From: Eledone cirrhosa
Taxonomy: Eukaryota
Assembly (NCBI GenBank): GCA_964016885.1
Contig: OZ024763.1
Span: forward strand, 2,852,001 to 2,916,000
DNA length: 64,000 bases
Direction: 5' to 3'
A model generated the notes under the pieces. The model saw only the letters and a program-made list of their open reading frames with translations. It was not told the origin of the DNA and searched no databases. Positions 11,605 to 25,980 of this stretch are shown piece by piece. The position numbers were made by a program, and so were the translations under genes. Position 1 is the first letter of the stretch. Each line of letters begins with the position of its first letter.

Positions 11605-12417
11605 GTTTCGACACGATTTCATATCAAAAACCTCGCAAAACTATATATAAATATATACATATATATTTTTAAAATGTGGGTAATTATTTATAAAGTATAT
11701 ATATATAGATATATATGTGTGTGTGTGTTGGCATGTTTGTCTTTATTTTTATATATATATATATATATATAGATCATCATCGTCGTTGTCAATGAAATAT
11801 GATATGATGGTTACATATATCCAAATATAGATAAGTGACCTGACAAAAGGAAGATGCACTCAATACATTTTATGAAGTTTATATCTGTATTAACTGTTTG
11901 CTTCAGGTTGATTGCCATTGGCTGGTTTGGATGAGGCTTGTTCTCATTGGCTGGTTCGGGTCACATGATAAAATAGGTATTTTCATGGCTGACCTTAACA
12001 AAATGAGTAATGTGGGACAACACCACTTCATTGTTTCCTGAAGTGGTCTGCCTTGCTCTGGTTAGAAATTTTGGTTCAATTAAGAATTTCCACAGAAACA
12101 AAGACGACGGTTGTATGCTCCATGATATGTGTAGATTGGGGTGGGAGAAGGTTTGTTGAGAATATTCCAGGTTTATAACAATTCTCTGAGGAATTTCCTT
12201 GTCCTAGAGTCTCCAGATGAAAGGAGACAGAATTTTCTCTGTCCTTGCACCTGAAGGAATTCCTTTGGAGTGAACCTTCTTTTAAAGTTATAAATCCCCG
12301 GCCGTATTGACGGCCCTCGTTGGAGCAATGTATGGCAGGGCCAACTCTAGTCAGATGTCTACCCCATGCTAGCATGGAAAAATAGACATTAAACTGTGAT
12401 GATGATGATATATATAT

Positions 12418-12671
12418 CTAAAGTCTAGTCTGTCTTAAGCCAGAAGTGCTTATCCTGGTTTTATGGGGTGAAGCAACTAAGGGTACAAGACTTCCCCTTG
12501 GACAGGACGCCAGTGAAACCTCCAGCTGCTGCTGGTACTCATTTTCAGCTGAGTATACTGGAACAACGTGGAATGAAGTGTCTTGCTCAAGAACACAACA
12601 CAGTCCAAGAATCGAATCCACAACATTATGATTGTAAGTCCAACATTTTTACCACTAGGCCACATGCCTCC
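12418..12671 (-). mobile_element. tRNA-derived CORE-like SINE (variant)
   Basis: Minus strand ggaggcatgtggcctagtgg (A box), gattcgattc (B box), cttgagcaagacactt core. Similar copy at 27680-27938. Confidence 0.75.
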
Positions 12672-12672
12672 A

Positions 12673-12704
<32 letters not shown>

Positions 12705-12706
12705 TA

Positions 12707-13000
12707 AGTATTTCCGTAGAAAAGGTAAAGGAAAAAAGAGTGCTCTATGTATTGTACAGAGCTATTTAATTACATAATAAACAACACAATATAATTATTT
12801 CATTATTGAAGGTTTCAAGAAACTAGATGATTCTTGCAAGAAACATCCAGTTCGTTCGTCGGACAAAATAATACATTTTGTAAAATAAGAATACATAATT
12901 ATTTTGTCTGAAGAATGAACTGGATGTTTCTTGCAAGAATCACCTTGTTTATTGAGACCTTCGATAATGAAATAATTATATTGCGTTGTTTATTATGTAA

Positions 13001-13004
<4 letters not shown>
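12707..13004. mobile_element. PLE-like fold-back remnant with degenerate hammerhead and tail
   Basis: Arms about 12767-12872 and 12897-13004; CUGAAGA at 12908; tail shared with 41801-41860. Confidence 0.7.
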
Positions 13005-13043
<39 letters not shown>

Positions 13044-13045
<2 letters not shown>

Positions 13046-13430
13046 AGGCACATGGCTTAGTGGTTAGAGCATTGGCCTTGCAATCGAAAGGTTGTGAGTT
13101 CAATTCTCAGACCGGGTGATGGGTTGTTTCCTTGAGCAAGACACTTTATTTCACATTGCTCCAGTTTACTCAGCTGTAGAAATGAGATGATAGGGACTGG
13201 GGTCCCTATCATTCCACTGTAGAGTGGTCGTGGAGGTGCCACGGCAAAAAAGCACCCAGCACTCACTGTAAATGAGGTTGGTGTTAGGAAGGGCATCCAG
13301 CTGTAGAAATCAAGCCAAATCAGTTCCTGTATGAGCAAGGCATCGTCAGCCGACCAGATACTGCCCACAACAGGACAACCCGTCTAACCCATGCTAGCGT
13401 GGAAGAACGGACGTAAAACGGTGATGATGA
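13044..13430 (+). mobile_element. tRNA-derived CORE-like SINE, full length
   Basis: A box tggcttagtgg, B box gttcaattc, ccttgagcaagacactt...ctcagctgtagaaatg resembling the CORE domain, RTE-like tail ending (gat)n. Confidence 0.85.
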
Positions 13431-13462
13431 TATGTATATATGTATATATATATATGTATATA

Positions 13463-14553
13463 ACTTTGAATAACTTTGAAATGTTTTGGCCAGTATCGGC
13501 CCAGGCCATGTCTAACTTAATAGCACCACCTGGCGAAGTCTTTCAATTCAGGATTTGGGCATCATGGTCCATTCAAGAAGGGAATTACTGTTTGCGGAGA
13601 CATATCTGGGTGTGGGTGGTTTGTCCGGGATTACTTGGAGGAATTTGTCCAAAGACTTCTTGAATTTTGTGTGGTCAGTTTCTGTTTTGACGTGTCCTGG
13701 TGTGATGTTGAAGAGAGCAGGGCCAATTGAGGTGAAATAATTGTGCCGTATTGTTGTTATGAGTTGCGATTTAGATTTTTGTTTGGGACGGATAGCACGG
13801 GGCCCAAGCCTTGGGTGATTTTGAAGGTGATGCCAACATCATTTGGGCAGTGCTGATGAAACATTTTCCACATCATGCAGATAATATAACGCTCATGGCG
13901 ACGTTGGAGTGAGTAAAGTTTCAGCTTTTCTAGTCGACCGCAGTAGTCAAGGTCTGACATGCCATCTATCTTTTGCCCTTTGGGGAGCTTCAAGTTTCAT
14001 GATACTTTGTTTCATGTGGGGAGACCACAGTGGACAACAGTATTCAAGGTGTGGTCGGGCAAAAGTGGAGAAGAGAAGGATAATGGTGTGGGAATCTCTT
14101 GACTGGAAGGTTCTGAGGATCCAGGAACACATTCTGCGGGCCATGTCAACTTTGCTGCTTATATGCGTGGCCCAGCTTATGTTGCTGTCCACGGTTACTC
14201 CAAGTCTCTGATGTTGTTAGATGCCACGAGAGTTTCACCGGAGGGAAGGGAGTACGGGAGTTTCAGAGCATCCTCTTTTCCAAAGTGGATCAGTTCGAAT
14301 TTGTCTTCGTTCAGTAACATGTTGTTCTTTTCCGCCCATTGAGTAACAGCCAGTAGGTCTGACTGAAGGCTTATCCGGTCATCCACGCCATTGATGACCT
14401 TTTGGAGCTTGGAATCATCAGCGAAAATTCTAATGTTGCTGTGTTTGATGATGTCATTAATATAGATGATGAAGAGAAGTGGGCCCAACACAGTGTCTTG
14501 TGGGACCCCACTACTGACTTTGGCTGGGTTGCATTTGACTCCTTCGACTACAA
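13463..14553 (-). mobile_element. CR1/L2-group LINE, RT C-terminal fragment with frameshifts
   Basis: [32 protein letters not shown] and LYSLQRR motifs in successive frames. Confidence 0.9.
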
Positions 14554-14554
14554 C

Positions 14555-14914
14555 ATGTATATATGTATGTTTATATATATATATATGTATATATATGTAT
14601 GTATATATATATATGTATGTTTATATATGTATGATATATATGTATATATATGTATGCATATATATGTATGTATATATATATATGTATGCATATATATGTA
14701 TGTATATATATATATGTATGTATATATATATATATATATGTATGTATATATATATGTAGATATATATATATATATATGTAGATATATATATATATATATA
14801 TGTAGATATATATATATATATATGTAGATATATATATATATATATGTAGATATATATATATATATGTAGATATATATATATATGTAGATATATATATATA
14901 TATATGTATATGTA

Positions 14915-14957
<43 letters not shown>

Positions 14958-14958
14958 G

Positions 14959-15007
<49 letters not shown>

Positions 15008-15077
15008 ATATATATATATATATATGTATGTATATATGTATATATATATGTATGTATATATATATGTATATATATGT

Positions 15078-15111
<34 letters not shown>

Positions 15112-15207
15112 AAGTATATGTATAGATGTATGTATATATGTGTATGGTATGTATATATATGTATGGATGTATGTATATATGTGTATGGTATGTATATATA
15201 TGTATGT

Positions 15208-15245
<38 letters not shown>

Positions 15246-15326
15246 GTATGTATATATATGTATGTATGTATATATATATATATATGTATGTATATATATG
15301 TATATATATATGTATGTATATATATG

Positions 15327-15366
<40 letters not shown>

Positions 15367-15564
15367 TATGTATATATATGTATTTATATATATGTATACA
15401 TATATACATATATATGTATTTATATATATGTATACATATATATGTATTTATATATATGTATACATATATATGTATTTATATATATGTATACATATATATG
15501 TATATATATATACATATATATATACATATATATACATATATATATACATACATATATATATAAA

Positions 15565-15598
<34 letters not shown>
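14555..15598. repeat. (TA)n/(TATG)n microsatellite field
   Basis: Direct inspection. Confidence 0.95.
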
Positions 15599-15600
<2 letters not shown>

Positions 15601-15768
15601 CAAAGGAGGTGTGGCAAGGAACCAGATGGACCATAACGCATCAGAGTACTCAATACTTAGGGTAGTAGAGTGGGTAATAGGAAAATGTTTGACACCGACG
15701 GCTATTTCTGGACTAGAAATAGCCGTCGAAACAGCTTGAGCTCTGCCGTCGGGGTCATACATTTTCAT
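15599..15768. mobile_element. PLE-like fold-back remnant, family also at 41288-41493, 16468-16520, 42328-42400 and 51098-51155
   Basis: Shared tail aaggaaccagatggaccataacgca...gtactcaatacttagggtagtagagt and a gacggcta...tagccgtcgaaa fold-back. Confidence 0.6.
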
Positions 15769-15786
15769 ATATAAATTTATTTAAAT

Positions 15787-16243
15787 CAGAGGTTCTCTAA
15801 GTGGGCGCTACCAGCCACGAAAGGGCGGTGGGGGGTTCGGCAGAGGTGATACAATAGTATCTTAAATATCAAATGATATATATTATATATAAATATACTA
15901 AAATATATAATTGTTTCTACTATTGGCACAAGGCCAGCAATTAACCAGTACATTACTGGTACTTTATTTCATCGACCCTGTAAGGATGAAAGGCAAAGTT
16001 AACCTCGGCGGGATTTGAACTCAGAATGGCAAGGGCCGTAACTCTATGTGTCAAAGCATGGCGTCCGACCCTCTACTGATACTGCCAATCCACCGCCCTT
16101 ATATACTAAAATATATATTTATTATATATTATTTACAATTTGCATGAAGTCAGGTCTCTCCGGAAATGGGGGGGGGGGGCGGGCGCTGAGGGTATTATGA
16201 GGTCGTGAGGAGGATCGTGGCCCAAAAAGTTTGAGAACTTCTG
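15787..16243. mobile_element. hAT (Charlie-like) MITE with a nested SINE
   Basis: TIRs cagaggttctc / gagaacttctg; imperfect 8-bp TSD atttaaat / gtttagat. Confidence 0.6.
15913..16099 (-). mobile_element. Second tRNA-derived SINE family
   Basis: Minus strand A box tggcagtatcagt, B box gagttcaaatcc, central gccgaggtt.actttgcctttcatcctt...gtcgat.aaataaagtaccagt. Other copies at 16532-16642, 24648-24800, 36160-36636 and 43224-43408. Confidence 0.8.
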
Positions 16244-16247
16244 GTTT

Positions 16248-16286
<39 letters not shown>

Positions 16287-16839
16287 GAGAGAGAGGCAAG
16301 TTGAGTCAGGTGACTGTGTTTTGCTCATAAACAGTCCTATATGAACAAGACACAGTCACCTAACCCAACTAGCCTCTAATGGGACAAGCCGTCTAGCCCA
16401 TGGAAAATGGACATTAAATCATGATGCTATGTATATATATATCAGATAGGGTGGGGTAAAATACCAGGTGGATTTAGCTGTCGAAACGGCCAGAACACAT
16501 CTGTCGGGGTCGCGAATCTTTTTATATATATTTGTTTCTACTTTAGGCACAAGGCCAGCAATTACCCAGTTCATTACTGGTACTATATTTTATCGACCCC
16601 GTAAGGATGAAAGGCAAAGTCAACCTTGGCGGGATTTGAATCTTTTTATATATATTGACTGTAGCACAGATCTATTGCTGGATCCAGATTCAGGGGCCAG
16701 TGATACTTGAAACATTCACCACTACATGCAGGGAAACACTTGATAATCGAAACTAGTTTTCGGAGGGTTTGACTAATCCTTTTCCGTCACTTCTGGATAA
16801 TTTCATCGTGGACAGACTGTTGATGAGTTTTCTGTCATT

Positions 16840-17880
16840 TGGGGACTCTTGCTTCTTGATAGGACCTTCTGGAAGGCATATCTGGAGTCTCAGCCCTACC
16901 GTGACCTTCTCAGGAATACATAGACAAAGAAGACATATTTTGGGGTTAGGGTTAACATCCAGAAACTTGGCTAGTTTCCCTTGGACATCTAACTACATTA
17001 TTTAGGGACCATTGCTTCCAATAGAAACTTCTGGAAGGCTTGCCTGGGGTCTCAGTCCCTGCCCCTCTCAGGAATAAGTAGACAAGGTGGAATAGAAACT
17101 TCTGGAAGGCTTGTCTGGGGTCTCAGTCCCTGACCCTCTCAGGAATAAGTAGACAAGGTGGAAGACATAATTGATGGTTGGATAACATCCAGAATCTTGG
17201 AGATCCAGCTAAATTATTAGGGGATGGTTGCTTCTGATAGAACCTTCTGGAAGACATGTCTGGGGTCTCAGTCTCCAACGCTCTCAGGAATGGTGGAAGA
17301 CATAATTGAATGGTTATTTGATGGATAACATCCAGGGTCTTGGCTGGTCGCTCTTAGAGATCTTTTTGGATTATTTGAGGGACGATTGCTTCCAATAGAA
17401 ACTTCTGGAAGGCATGTCTGAGGTATCAGCCCCCTATGACCCTCTCAGGAATACATAGACAAGGCGGAAGACATAATTGATAGTTGGATAACATCCATAA
17501 TTTAGGCTGGTCTCTCTCTGATATCCAGCTAGATTATATGGGAATGGTTGCTTCTGGGAGGCATAACTGCGGACTCAGTATGTTGATGGTTGGATAACAT
17601 CCAGAATCTTGGCTGGGCTCCCTTGGAGATCGTGTTAGATTATTTGAGGGACCATTGCTTTCAATAGAACCTTCTGAAAGGTGTATCTGAAGTCTCAGAC
17701 CCCCATGGCTCTCTCAGAATCTTGGCTTGTCTCCCTTGCAGATCCAGTTAGATCATTTAGAGATGATTGCTTCTGATAGAACCTGGAAGGAATGTCTACA
17801 AACTCAGTATGTTGATGGTTGGATAACATCCATAATTTTGGCTGGTCTCATTTAGAGAGCCAGCCAGATTATTGGGGGAA
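16840..17880 (+). repeat. Degenerate tandem copies of an RTE LINE 3' end
   Basis: Recurrent ttggataacatccagaatcttggctgg (WLDNI..LGW) and atagaa.cttctggaaggc; matches the RTE fragment at 52830-53150. Confidence 0.65.
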
Positions 17881-18388
17881 GAAGTAAAATTATTATTGTT
17901 GGTGCAGACATAGTTGTGTGGTGAAGGAGTTCACTTCTTAACTATATGGTTGGGGGGAGGGGGGTTCTGTTCCTGTGTGTGACCCCCTCAGGGCTAATTA
18001 ATGTCATCTACTGTAACCATTAATCTTTTTTTAGCAGGGAAAATTGCTGGCTGTGACATTGCCAATGAGGGCACAAATGGTTCACCTCACCTGTACAATA
18101 TATATATATACACACACACTGTATTTCCCAGTACCAAAGACATTTCGTCCTCGAGGACACACCCTAATTTTGGCAACCAAAAATTTGAAAAAGAATAATA
18201 AACAACCTTCGCCCTCCAGGATGCATGGTAGATTTTTTAGTCTTATTTTAGGAAAAAAGTAGCATCTTCAACACCAAGAAGTCCGGTATATATCTCTATA
18301 TTGTACCTGTTCATAGTTTAATGGAGTAGATGTGTTATAGGGAAGAGGGTAAAGTTTGGTTCACCACCACCTGTACTATATATATATA

Positions 18389-18706
18389 TGTCAACTTCGG
18401 TTTCCCTCTTCCAGTGTGTCATTGCAGGGGCTCCCACAGGAGCACTGAGTGCAGTGTCAACTCAGGATGTCGGTGAGCATGTCCAGCTAACCTCAGTCTC
18501 CTCTGTGTTACTTTTGGGAGGCTCCCATACAACTCCGAGTTCTTCATCCTCAGTGTATACTGGAAGAGGGAAACCAAGGTTGACATAAATTGATGCTCTA
18601 AGGACAGACACTGGTCTCTTGCAGACGCAGGAGATGGCAGCAATGATGAGGGACAGAGACCGGTGGAGAGAAGTCCTCCATAGATCTCGGGAATTTTACC
18701 TGCCCT

Positions 18707-18708
<2 letters not shown>
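18389..18708. mobile_element. RTE LINE fragment with a 5' inversion
   Basis: Minus strand QRRLRLAGHAHRHPE...LLWEP; 18390-18416 is the reverse complement of 18559-18584. Confidence 0.65.
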
Positions 18709-18744
<36 letters not shown>

Positions 18745-19364
18745 GTGTGTATAAATATATATATATAGTACTTGTTTATAGTTTAATGGGGTACTGGAAT
18801 TCTGTGGCAGAGGTAAAGTTAGGTGGGAGGGTCCCTGGTCTGTACATGTGGAGGACACCAATCTAGACAGGAGAGAGATCTTTATATGTGGACCCTGTGA
18901 CAGCTAATTTTACACCGTAAGAATGTACCTACCGGTGACTCTCTCCTGATTTTGCTATATAGGTGTGTGTCTGGCTATATAAATGTGTGTGTATAAAAAG
19001 TATGGGTGTATGTATATAGTGTGTACACATGTGTTTGTGTGTCTGACTATATATATGTGTGTGTGTGTGTATATAAAGTGAGATTGTATGTAAAAATGTG
19101 TGTGTATGTATTTATATATATTGATATACATGTATGCGTATATGTATATATATAAATATATGTGTGTGTGTATATATATTATATATATGTACATATATAT
19201 ATATATATACATATGTGTATATATATTTTTATACATATATGTGTATATATATATATATATTGCACCATCCAAACCCATGCAAGCGTGGAAGATGGACGTT
19301 AAATGATGATGATGATGATGATGATATGACATATATATATATAATTTGGTTGTTTCTTTATAAT

Positions 19365-22300
19365 AATAATAATAATGAAATATTGTGTACAGTGCTCAGG
19401 TGCACTACAACTCATCAAAAAGTGTATGTATAGTACATAGGGTAATGTACAAACGTCAGGAAAATGAACAGTGCATGAGTCACGATATACACGTGTGCAT
19501 GTTTATGGAAGGGGTACATCAGGTGTAGTTTTGGCGTATTTCGGGAAGCATGAGTGTTTTAAAGGATGCAGTGTCTCGGCAGCTAACAACTGACGCAGGC
19601 AGTTTGTTCCATGCTTCAGCAACTCTGAGCATGAAAAAATGTTTCCGAAAGTCATGGGAGCTGTGCTGTTTTCTGATTTTGTAGGCATGTCCACGTGTGT
19701 TAGACACATGGAGATCAAAAAGGTGCTCAGGGTTGTTGTTGGCGAGATGGTTAATAACTTTGTGGGTGTTTACCAAGTCCATTGCCAGACGTCGGAGCTT
19801 CAATGAATCCATGCCCAGGGAAGCAAGGCATTCAGAGTATGGTAGGTGTCTGATGGAGGGTATGCGCTTGGTTGCACGTCTCTGAACAGTTTCCAGGCGG
19901 TCAATGTTCTGAGCAAGATGGGGGTTCTAGACTGATGATGCGAATTCCAAGTGTGGTCGTACCATAGCTGTATACAGTTTTAAATAGATGGCTGGAGAGC
20001 GGCTAACAAAGGTCTTGCTGAGTGATGCCAAGACACCCTCAGCCTTCTTGACAATCTTAGAGACATGCTTTGTCCAACGCAAATCGCTGCTGACAGTAAT
20101 GCCCAGGTCACGTTCACAAGAGGACTTCTTGATATCAGTGTTGTGGAGGGAGTATGTGGACGCTGGCTTTTTCCTCCCAAAATGCATGGTGGTACACTTG
20201 TCCACAGCCAGCTTCAGTTGCCAGTCTGTGATCCATTGCTGCATTGTGTCCAGGTCTGATTGTAGGAAAGAGTTGTAGATTTCAGGATCAGTCCTTTTGA
20301 TTTCAAGGTACAGCTTTATGTCATCTGCATATTTCAGTACCGTGGCATTCTGTAAGTTGGTATCTATGTCATTAATATATGCCACAAACAAAAGGGGACC
20401 AAGAACAGATCCCTGTGGTACACCAAATGACATCTCATATGGTGAAGAATGCTGTCCTAGAACCGTGACTACCTCTTTTCGGCTGAGAATGAAGGATTTC
20501 AACCAGTCGAAAAGATCATCCCTCACACCTATTGCAGAGTTTTGCCATAAGTCTTTTGTGTGGCACAGAATTAAAAGCCTTAGCAAAGTCAAGGTAAACA
20601 ACATCCACCCATGAGCCGCTGTCAGTGATCCGGGTGATGTATTCAAGGAACTCGATAAGCTGATCACAGCAGCTGGAGTTAGGGATAAATCCAAACTGCA
20701 AGGGCCGGATGAGGCTGTGAGAGCTCCAGAAGTTCCATCACATCTCCAGAGTTATACATCTCATGCCAGTTTGGGCACTGTAGCTCAGTGCAGTACAAGT
20801 TCCAATTTGCTCTCTTCCAATCAAAGCAAGCAGATTGGAGATGGCTCTGGTTTTTGTTGCTGCCCGCAAGAGCCAGATTGGCAATGATCAGAGTCGCCTA
20901 GAGGTTCCTCAGTAATACAACTGATAACCACTTCAGGAGTCGTGGTGAAGATCAGGTCCAAAGTGTTGTCACCTCTTGTTGGAGAGGTGACCAGTTTGAG
21001 TCCAGCACTAGTTCAAGGCAATCATTTGCACTCTGTGGCCAACGAAAGGTTTCCCAATCGATCTCAGAATAATTGAAGTCACCTGCAATAAACACACAAG
21101 TGGCTGTTTTCCTGGCAGCAACTCTGAGGATATCGCAAAGCTGTGTGTCCTGATGGTAGTTTGGGGGGGGGGGGCGATAAACAACACCAAGCAGAAGTGT
21201 TGACATGGTCATACATATGTCACAAAAAAAAACTTTTTCTTGTGATTCGTTCAAATCAACACAAGGAATTACCGAAAAGTTTGAACGAACGTAGACCATC
21301 ACACCACCACCACCACGGCGATTAATGCGGTCCTTGCGCAAAAGGTTGTACCCAGTAATGCTGAAAACCCCATCACAGAGTAAGGAATGTGCCCATGTTT
21401 CCGTGACTGTGATGAAGTCAGGGTCGATGCTTCTGACGTAGGAGTCAAACAGATGTATCTTGTTGCATAAACTGCGAGCATTAAAGGACAACAATTTGTG
21501 CCCTGCTTGCAGTTTATGATGGTGTGTAGAGGGTGGCAGGTTGTTCTGGTTTAGTTTCCCAGAGTTGTTGCGGTTTTTTCATTGCCAGTTATTGTGGGTA
21601 GAGCACACTCAGACCAGCTGGTATCTCTCTTCCCTGTTTCACCAGCCTTAACAAACCTCCAGATCTGCCCATCATCACGCAGACTAAAACTTTCATGTTG
21701 TGCTGAGTTCCGATTCAAGGAAGCTGCAGCACGTAGCTTTGGACGTACATGGGGTGGTAGGCCTGGTCGGAAGGTAATCCGATTTTCACACCCAGCTTTA
21801 ACAGAGGCCAGTGGTGGTGGTGATGTTGTTCCTCCACGGGAATGGTAGGGGAAGACACAGTCGCCGGTTGTTGGTGTCGAGATGTACTGGGAGCGGAAGA
21901 CATGGGTCTTGTTGTTGTTTCTGATGTTGTCCCACAGGAATAGCAGCAGAAGCCAGTGTCATAGGTTTTTGCCGTTGTTCAGTAACAATGGTAGAGGAAG
22001 ATACAGTCATCGGGGTTTTTTTGTTGTTGTTGTTTTTCAATAACATTGGTGGAGGCAGGTACACAGGCCAGGCACTGAAAGGACCAGTTTGTTAGCTGGA
22101 CCATCTCCCAGAGTCTATCCATCGTAGCAATATGATGTTTCTTGTTTTGGCCTGGGATCCTGCGGAAGCCTGTGGCGCATTGAAGGAGACAGAGATGCGA
22201 CAGGTTCCACATTCGACCCAACAATTACGGAACGAGTTTTCGGGTTCCGTACAGATATGGCAGATGTGATCTTCTGGACAATGTTCTAATTTGGAACATC

Positions 22301-22630
22301 GACCATACTTCATCCATGTCGCATACTTCATCGATGGATATCACCATGGCAATTTTGTTATTTCTACCCATCCGTAGAAAAACACAGAATGTAAACAATA
22401 TAGGTTTAGCGCACTTGATTATGATAGAAATAAAATGTGTTTTTTTGTGTATTTTGTTTCCGTTTTCCTAAATGTTGTGTGTGTGTACAGAAGAGTCTGC
22501 GCATGTAAACAAATAAATATGCTGCGTAAGTTAACGAGATAAATGTTTGTTTATGTTTAGTTTTTGTATTTCTGTTTCTGTTTTCCTGTGTATTATGTGT
22601 GTGTGTATGCAACAAGATCTGCACACGAAT
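19365..22630 (-). mobile_element. CR1-type LINE, near full length, degraded and internally deleted (PHD-like ORF1; APE and RT ORF2)
   Basis: ORF1 HICHIC...WVECGTC...FQCLAC; APE LSFNARSL, VTETW, AGDFN; RT QFGF, YLDFAKAF, VPQGSVLGPLLF, KYADD; 3' end ...gtagtgcacctgagcactgtacacaat followed by (att)n. Confidence 0.9.
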
Positions 22631-23360
22631 ATATAATTATATATATATATATAATTAAAAGGTGTATGTGGGTTAGAAGCGAAGTCAATGTTCAGAGATA
22701 TTTTACAAGTGTATGTAAGATTGGCCGGTATAGTGTCTCACACGAAATAGTGTGGTTTCTTTTCACGTGTGTGTATATGCATGTGGTATGTATCTGTATA
22801 TAGTTGTTTATAGATTTTGTGAAGTACTTACTGCGATCCCTAAGGGATGTAGTGACTTTCTTTTTTTTTTCACCGTCCATTTCCACACGGGGTTTGTTGG
22901 CGAAAATCAAATCAAATCAAATATACTTTGTTAAAATAATTCTATGTTGAAACTGGTACTAGTTGTCAGGGAACAGTCAAAGTATTTGTAATAAGGAATA
23001 TTGTAATCCATCTGACATGTGTTTAAAGGCAGTTTTTGGTGAAAATATTATATTTTGTTTGGTCAAGACATGGTCAAACGTCCTTCCTTGTCGCCATTTT
23101 TTATATATATATATGACAATATATTTACAAGACAATAACTGATACACTATGCCCATATTAGAATTTTACCAAACAACAACAAAAGAAATAAATGTAATGT
23201 TTATAACTATAGCTATATTTCTTTTATATAAACTTTTCTTTTTCTTTTTTTTTTCTTCGTCTTACTTTTTCCTCTATATGAGGTGGGCCAGGGTGGGCCA
23301 TAAGTCCCGCACCAAAGCATTGACATCAATTTAGTAGAAATATACATTGTATTGTGTTCA

Positions 23361-23794
23361 CCCTTTAGCATTTAAACTGACCATATCTGGCCAGAATTAT
23401 CTCACTTATTTTTGTTCAAACCAGCTGTAACCAGCAACTCATACTGATGTTAAGGTATTATTCTCAAAATAAATAATATCAAAATCTCATAGATTCTATA
23501 TTATGTGAGATATAACCTTCACAAAAATACAATAGTATATACAGAGTAATGTGAATGTTATGAGATAAAGCCTTTACTGTGAAAATACAATAGTATATAT
23601 AGAGACATGTAAATGTAATGTGAGATATGTGAGGTAAAGGCTTTACCTCACATAATATGAAATCTATGAGATTTTGATGATGATATTTATTTTTAGAATA
23701 ATACCTTAATATCAGTATGAGCAGCTTATGATAGGTTTGAATAGAAAGAGGTGAAAGAATTCTGGTCAGATATGGCTGGTTTAAATGCTAAATG
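23361..23794. mobile_element. Head-to-head (palindromic) dimer of the piggyBac-type MITE right end
   Basis: ccctttagcatttaaac...gtttaaatgctaaatg; axis near gaggtaaaggctttacctc (about 23640). Confidence 0.7.
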
Positions 23795-24249
23795 TACTGA
23801 TTGAGTCCAATGATTGACATTTTGGACAACAGCTCACGCTTTTGGTGCTCTACTTAAGGCCCTCCCTGTACATACACACATACACACACAATATATATAT
23901 ATATATAAGGCTTCATCTTCCTGGAAAGCAATGGGTGTTTCTTGGTCAGATCTGCACAGCACCTCCGCTGATGGAAATTGAAAGACAGCCCAAAATGTGA
24001 CTGTGGGAGACCCTGACCTGACAGCGCTGCATGTTGTTCAGGATTGACCCCCATCAAATGTTTTTCCAGTGGCCTGGAAGTAGTCCATACTTCTACAAGG
24101 CCTGTGTACAGCAGATTTCTTCCAGAGAAAGAAGTGAGAGAGAGGAAATGAGAAAGATATATAGATGAAGAATTGACCCCAGTACTAGACTGGTACAATA
24201 TATATATATGGAGGAAGTTATAGTTCTCTTGAAGCATTGTGTAATGAGG

Positions 24250-24580
24250 TATAAACGTTTGTGTATGTATAATAAAGCCAAAACAATGCAGGTATGGACA
24301 TAGAATAAAGAATGCATAGAATAAACGATGAACGGCAAAGTTAACCAGGATTTGAACTCGGAGAGCTGGAACGAATATAAATGACTTGGCAAGCTATTTA
24401 GAACACTGGTTTAACCGCTTTACTTCCCTCCGAAGAAGAGATATTATCTTAAAAATTAAGGACATTTAGATAAATCTAAGGTAAAAGACTAATTGTCAAC
24501 AATATCTTTTGCATTTGCATTCTTTATTCTATGTCCATACCTGCATTGTTTTGGCTTTATTATACATACACAAACGTTTA
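24250..24580. mobile_element. PLE-like fold-back remnant, family also at 52180-52427
   Basis: 24253-24316 is the reverse complement of about 24516-24579; degenerate CCGAAGA core at 24430. Confidence 0.6.
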
Positions 24581-25027
24581 TATATATATATATATGGAGA
24601 GACAGAGTGAGAGAGGGGAAATGAAAAAGAGATATAGAGGAAGAATCAACCCCAGTACTAGACTGGTACTTTTTTATCAACCTAGAAAGGATGAAAGGCA
24701 AAGTTGACCTCGGCAGGATTTGAACTCAGAGAGCTGACAGCAGGAATGAATACCTGAAAGTATTCTATCTGACGTTCTAACAACTCTGACAATTTGCTGC
24801 CTGTGTGTGTTGTTGTTGCGGTTTTTGTTACTGTTGTTGTCTGTGGTGGTGGTGGTGTCGGTGGTGGTGGTGGTGGTGGTGGTTGTGGTTGTTATCCCAG
24901 AAAGCAGGAAAGATGAACTCAAATTAACTTCTCCATTACATCCTGACTACCGATGTCATCATTAGATCTACATCTCTACTTCTCATAATATTGTTGTTCT
25001 TAGCCCCCTCCACCTCTGGTCTGCAAT

Positions 25028-25980
25028 ACCATCATCATCATCATCACCACCACCACTGTCATACCACCCACCACCACTACCACCCACCACTACTACCACC
25101 CACCACCACTACCACCCACCACCACCACCATCACCACCACCACTGTCATACCCTACCACCACCATTACTGTCATACCACCCACCACCACTACCATCACCA
25201 CCACCATCACCATCACCACCACCACTACCATCACCACCACCACTACCACCACCATTACTGTCATACCACCCACCACCACCATTATTGTCATACCACCCAC
25301 CACCACTACCATCACCACCACCACCGCCACCACTGTCATACCCTACCACCACCACCGCCACCATTACTGTCATACCACCCAACACCACTACCATCACCAC
25401 CACCACTGTCATACCCTACCACCACCACCACTACCGCCACCATTACTGTCATACCACCCAACACCACTACCATCACCACCACCACTGTCATACCCTACCA
25501 CCACCACCACTACCGCCACCATTACTGTCATACCACCCAACACCACTACCATCACCACCACCACTGTCATACCCTACCACCACCACCACTACCGCCACCA
25601 TTACTGTCATACCACCCAACACCACTACCATCACCACCACCACTGTCATACCCTACCACCACCACCACTACCGCCACCATTACTGTCATACCACCCAACA
25701 CCACTACCATCACCACCACTACCACCACCACCACCACCACTGTCATACCCTACCACCACTACCACCACTACCACCACCATTAGTCATACCACCCACCACC
25801 ACCACCACCACCACTGCCATACCCTACCACCACCAACACTACCACCACTACCATCACCACCACCACCACCACCACTGTCATACCCTACCACCACCATTAG
25901 TCATACCACCCACCACCACTACCACCACCACCACCACCACTGCCATACCCTACCACCACCACCATCACACTAGCCATCAC
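25028..25980. repeat. (CAC)n-derived minisatellite
   Basis: Higher-order units containing actgtcataccc/acc. Confidence 0.9.

Noticed and set aside
13044-13125. tRNA-like A/B boxes
   Set aside because: They are the heads of multi-copy SINEs continuing into core and tail, not tRNA genes.
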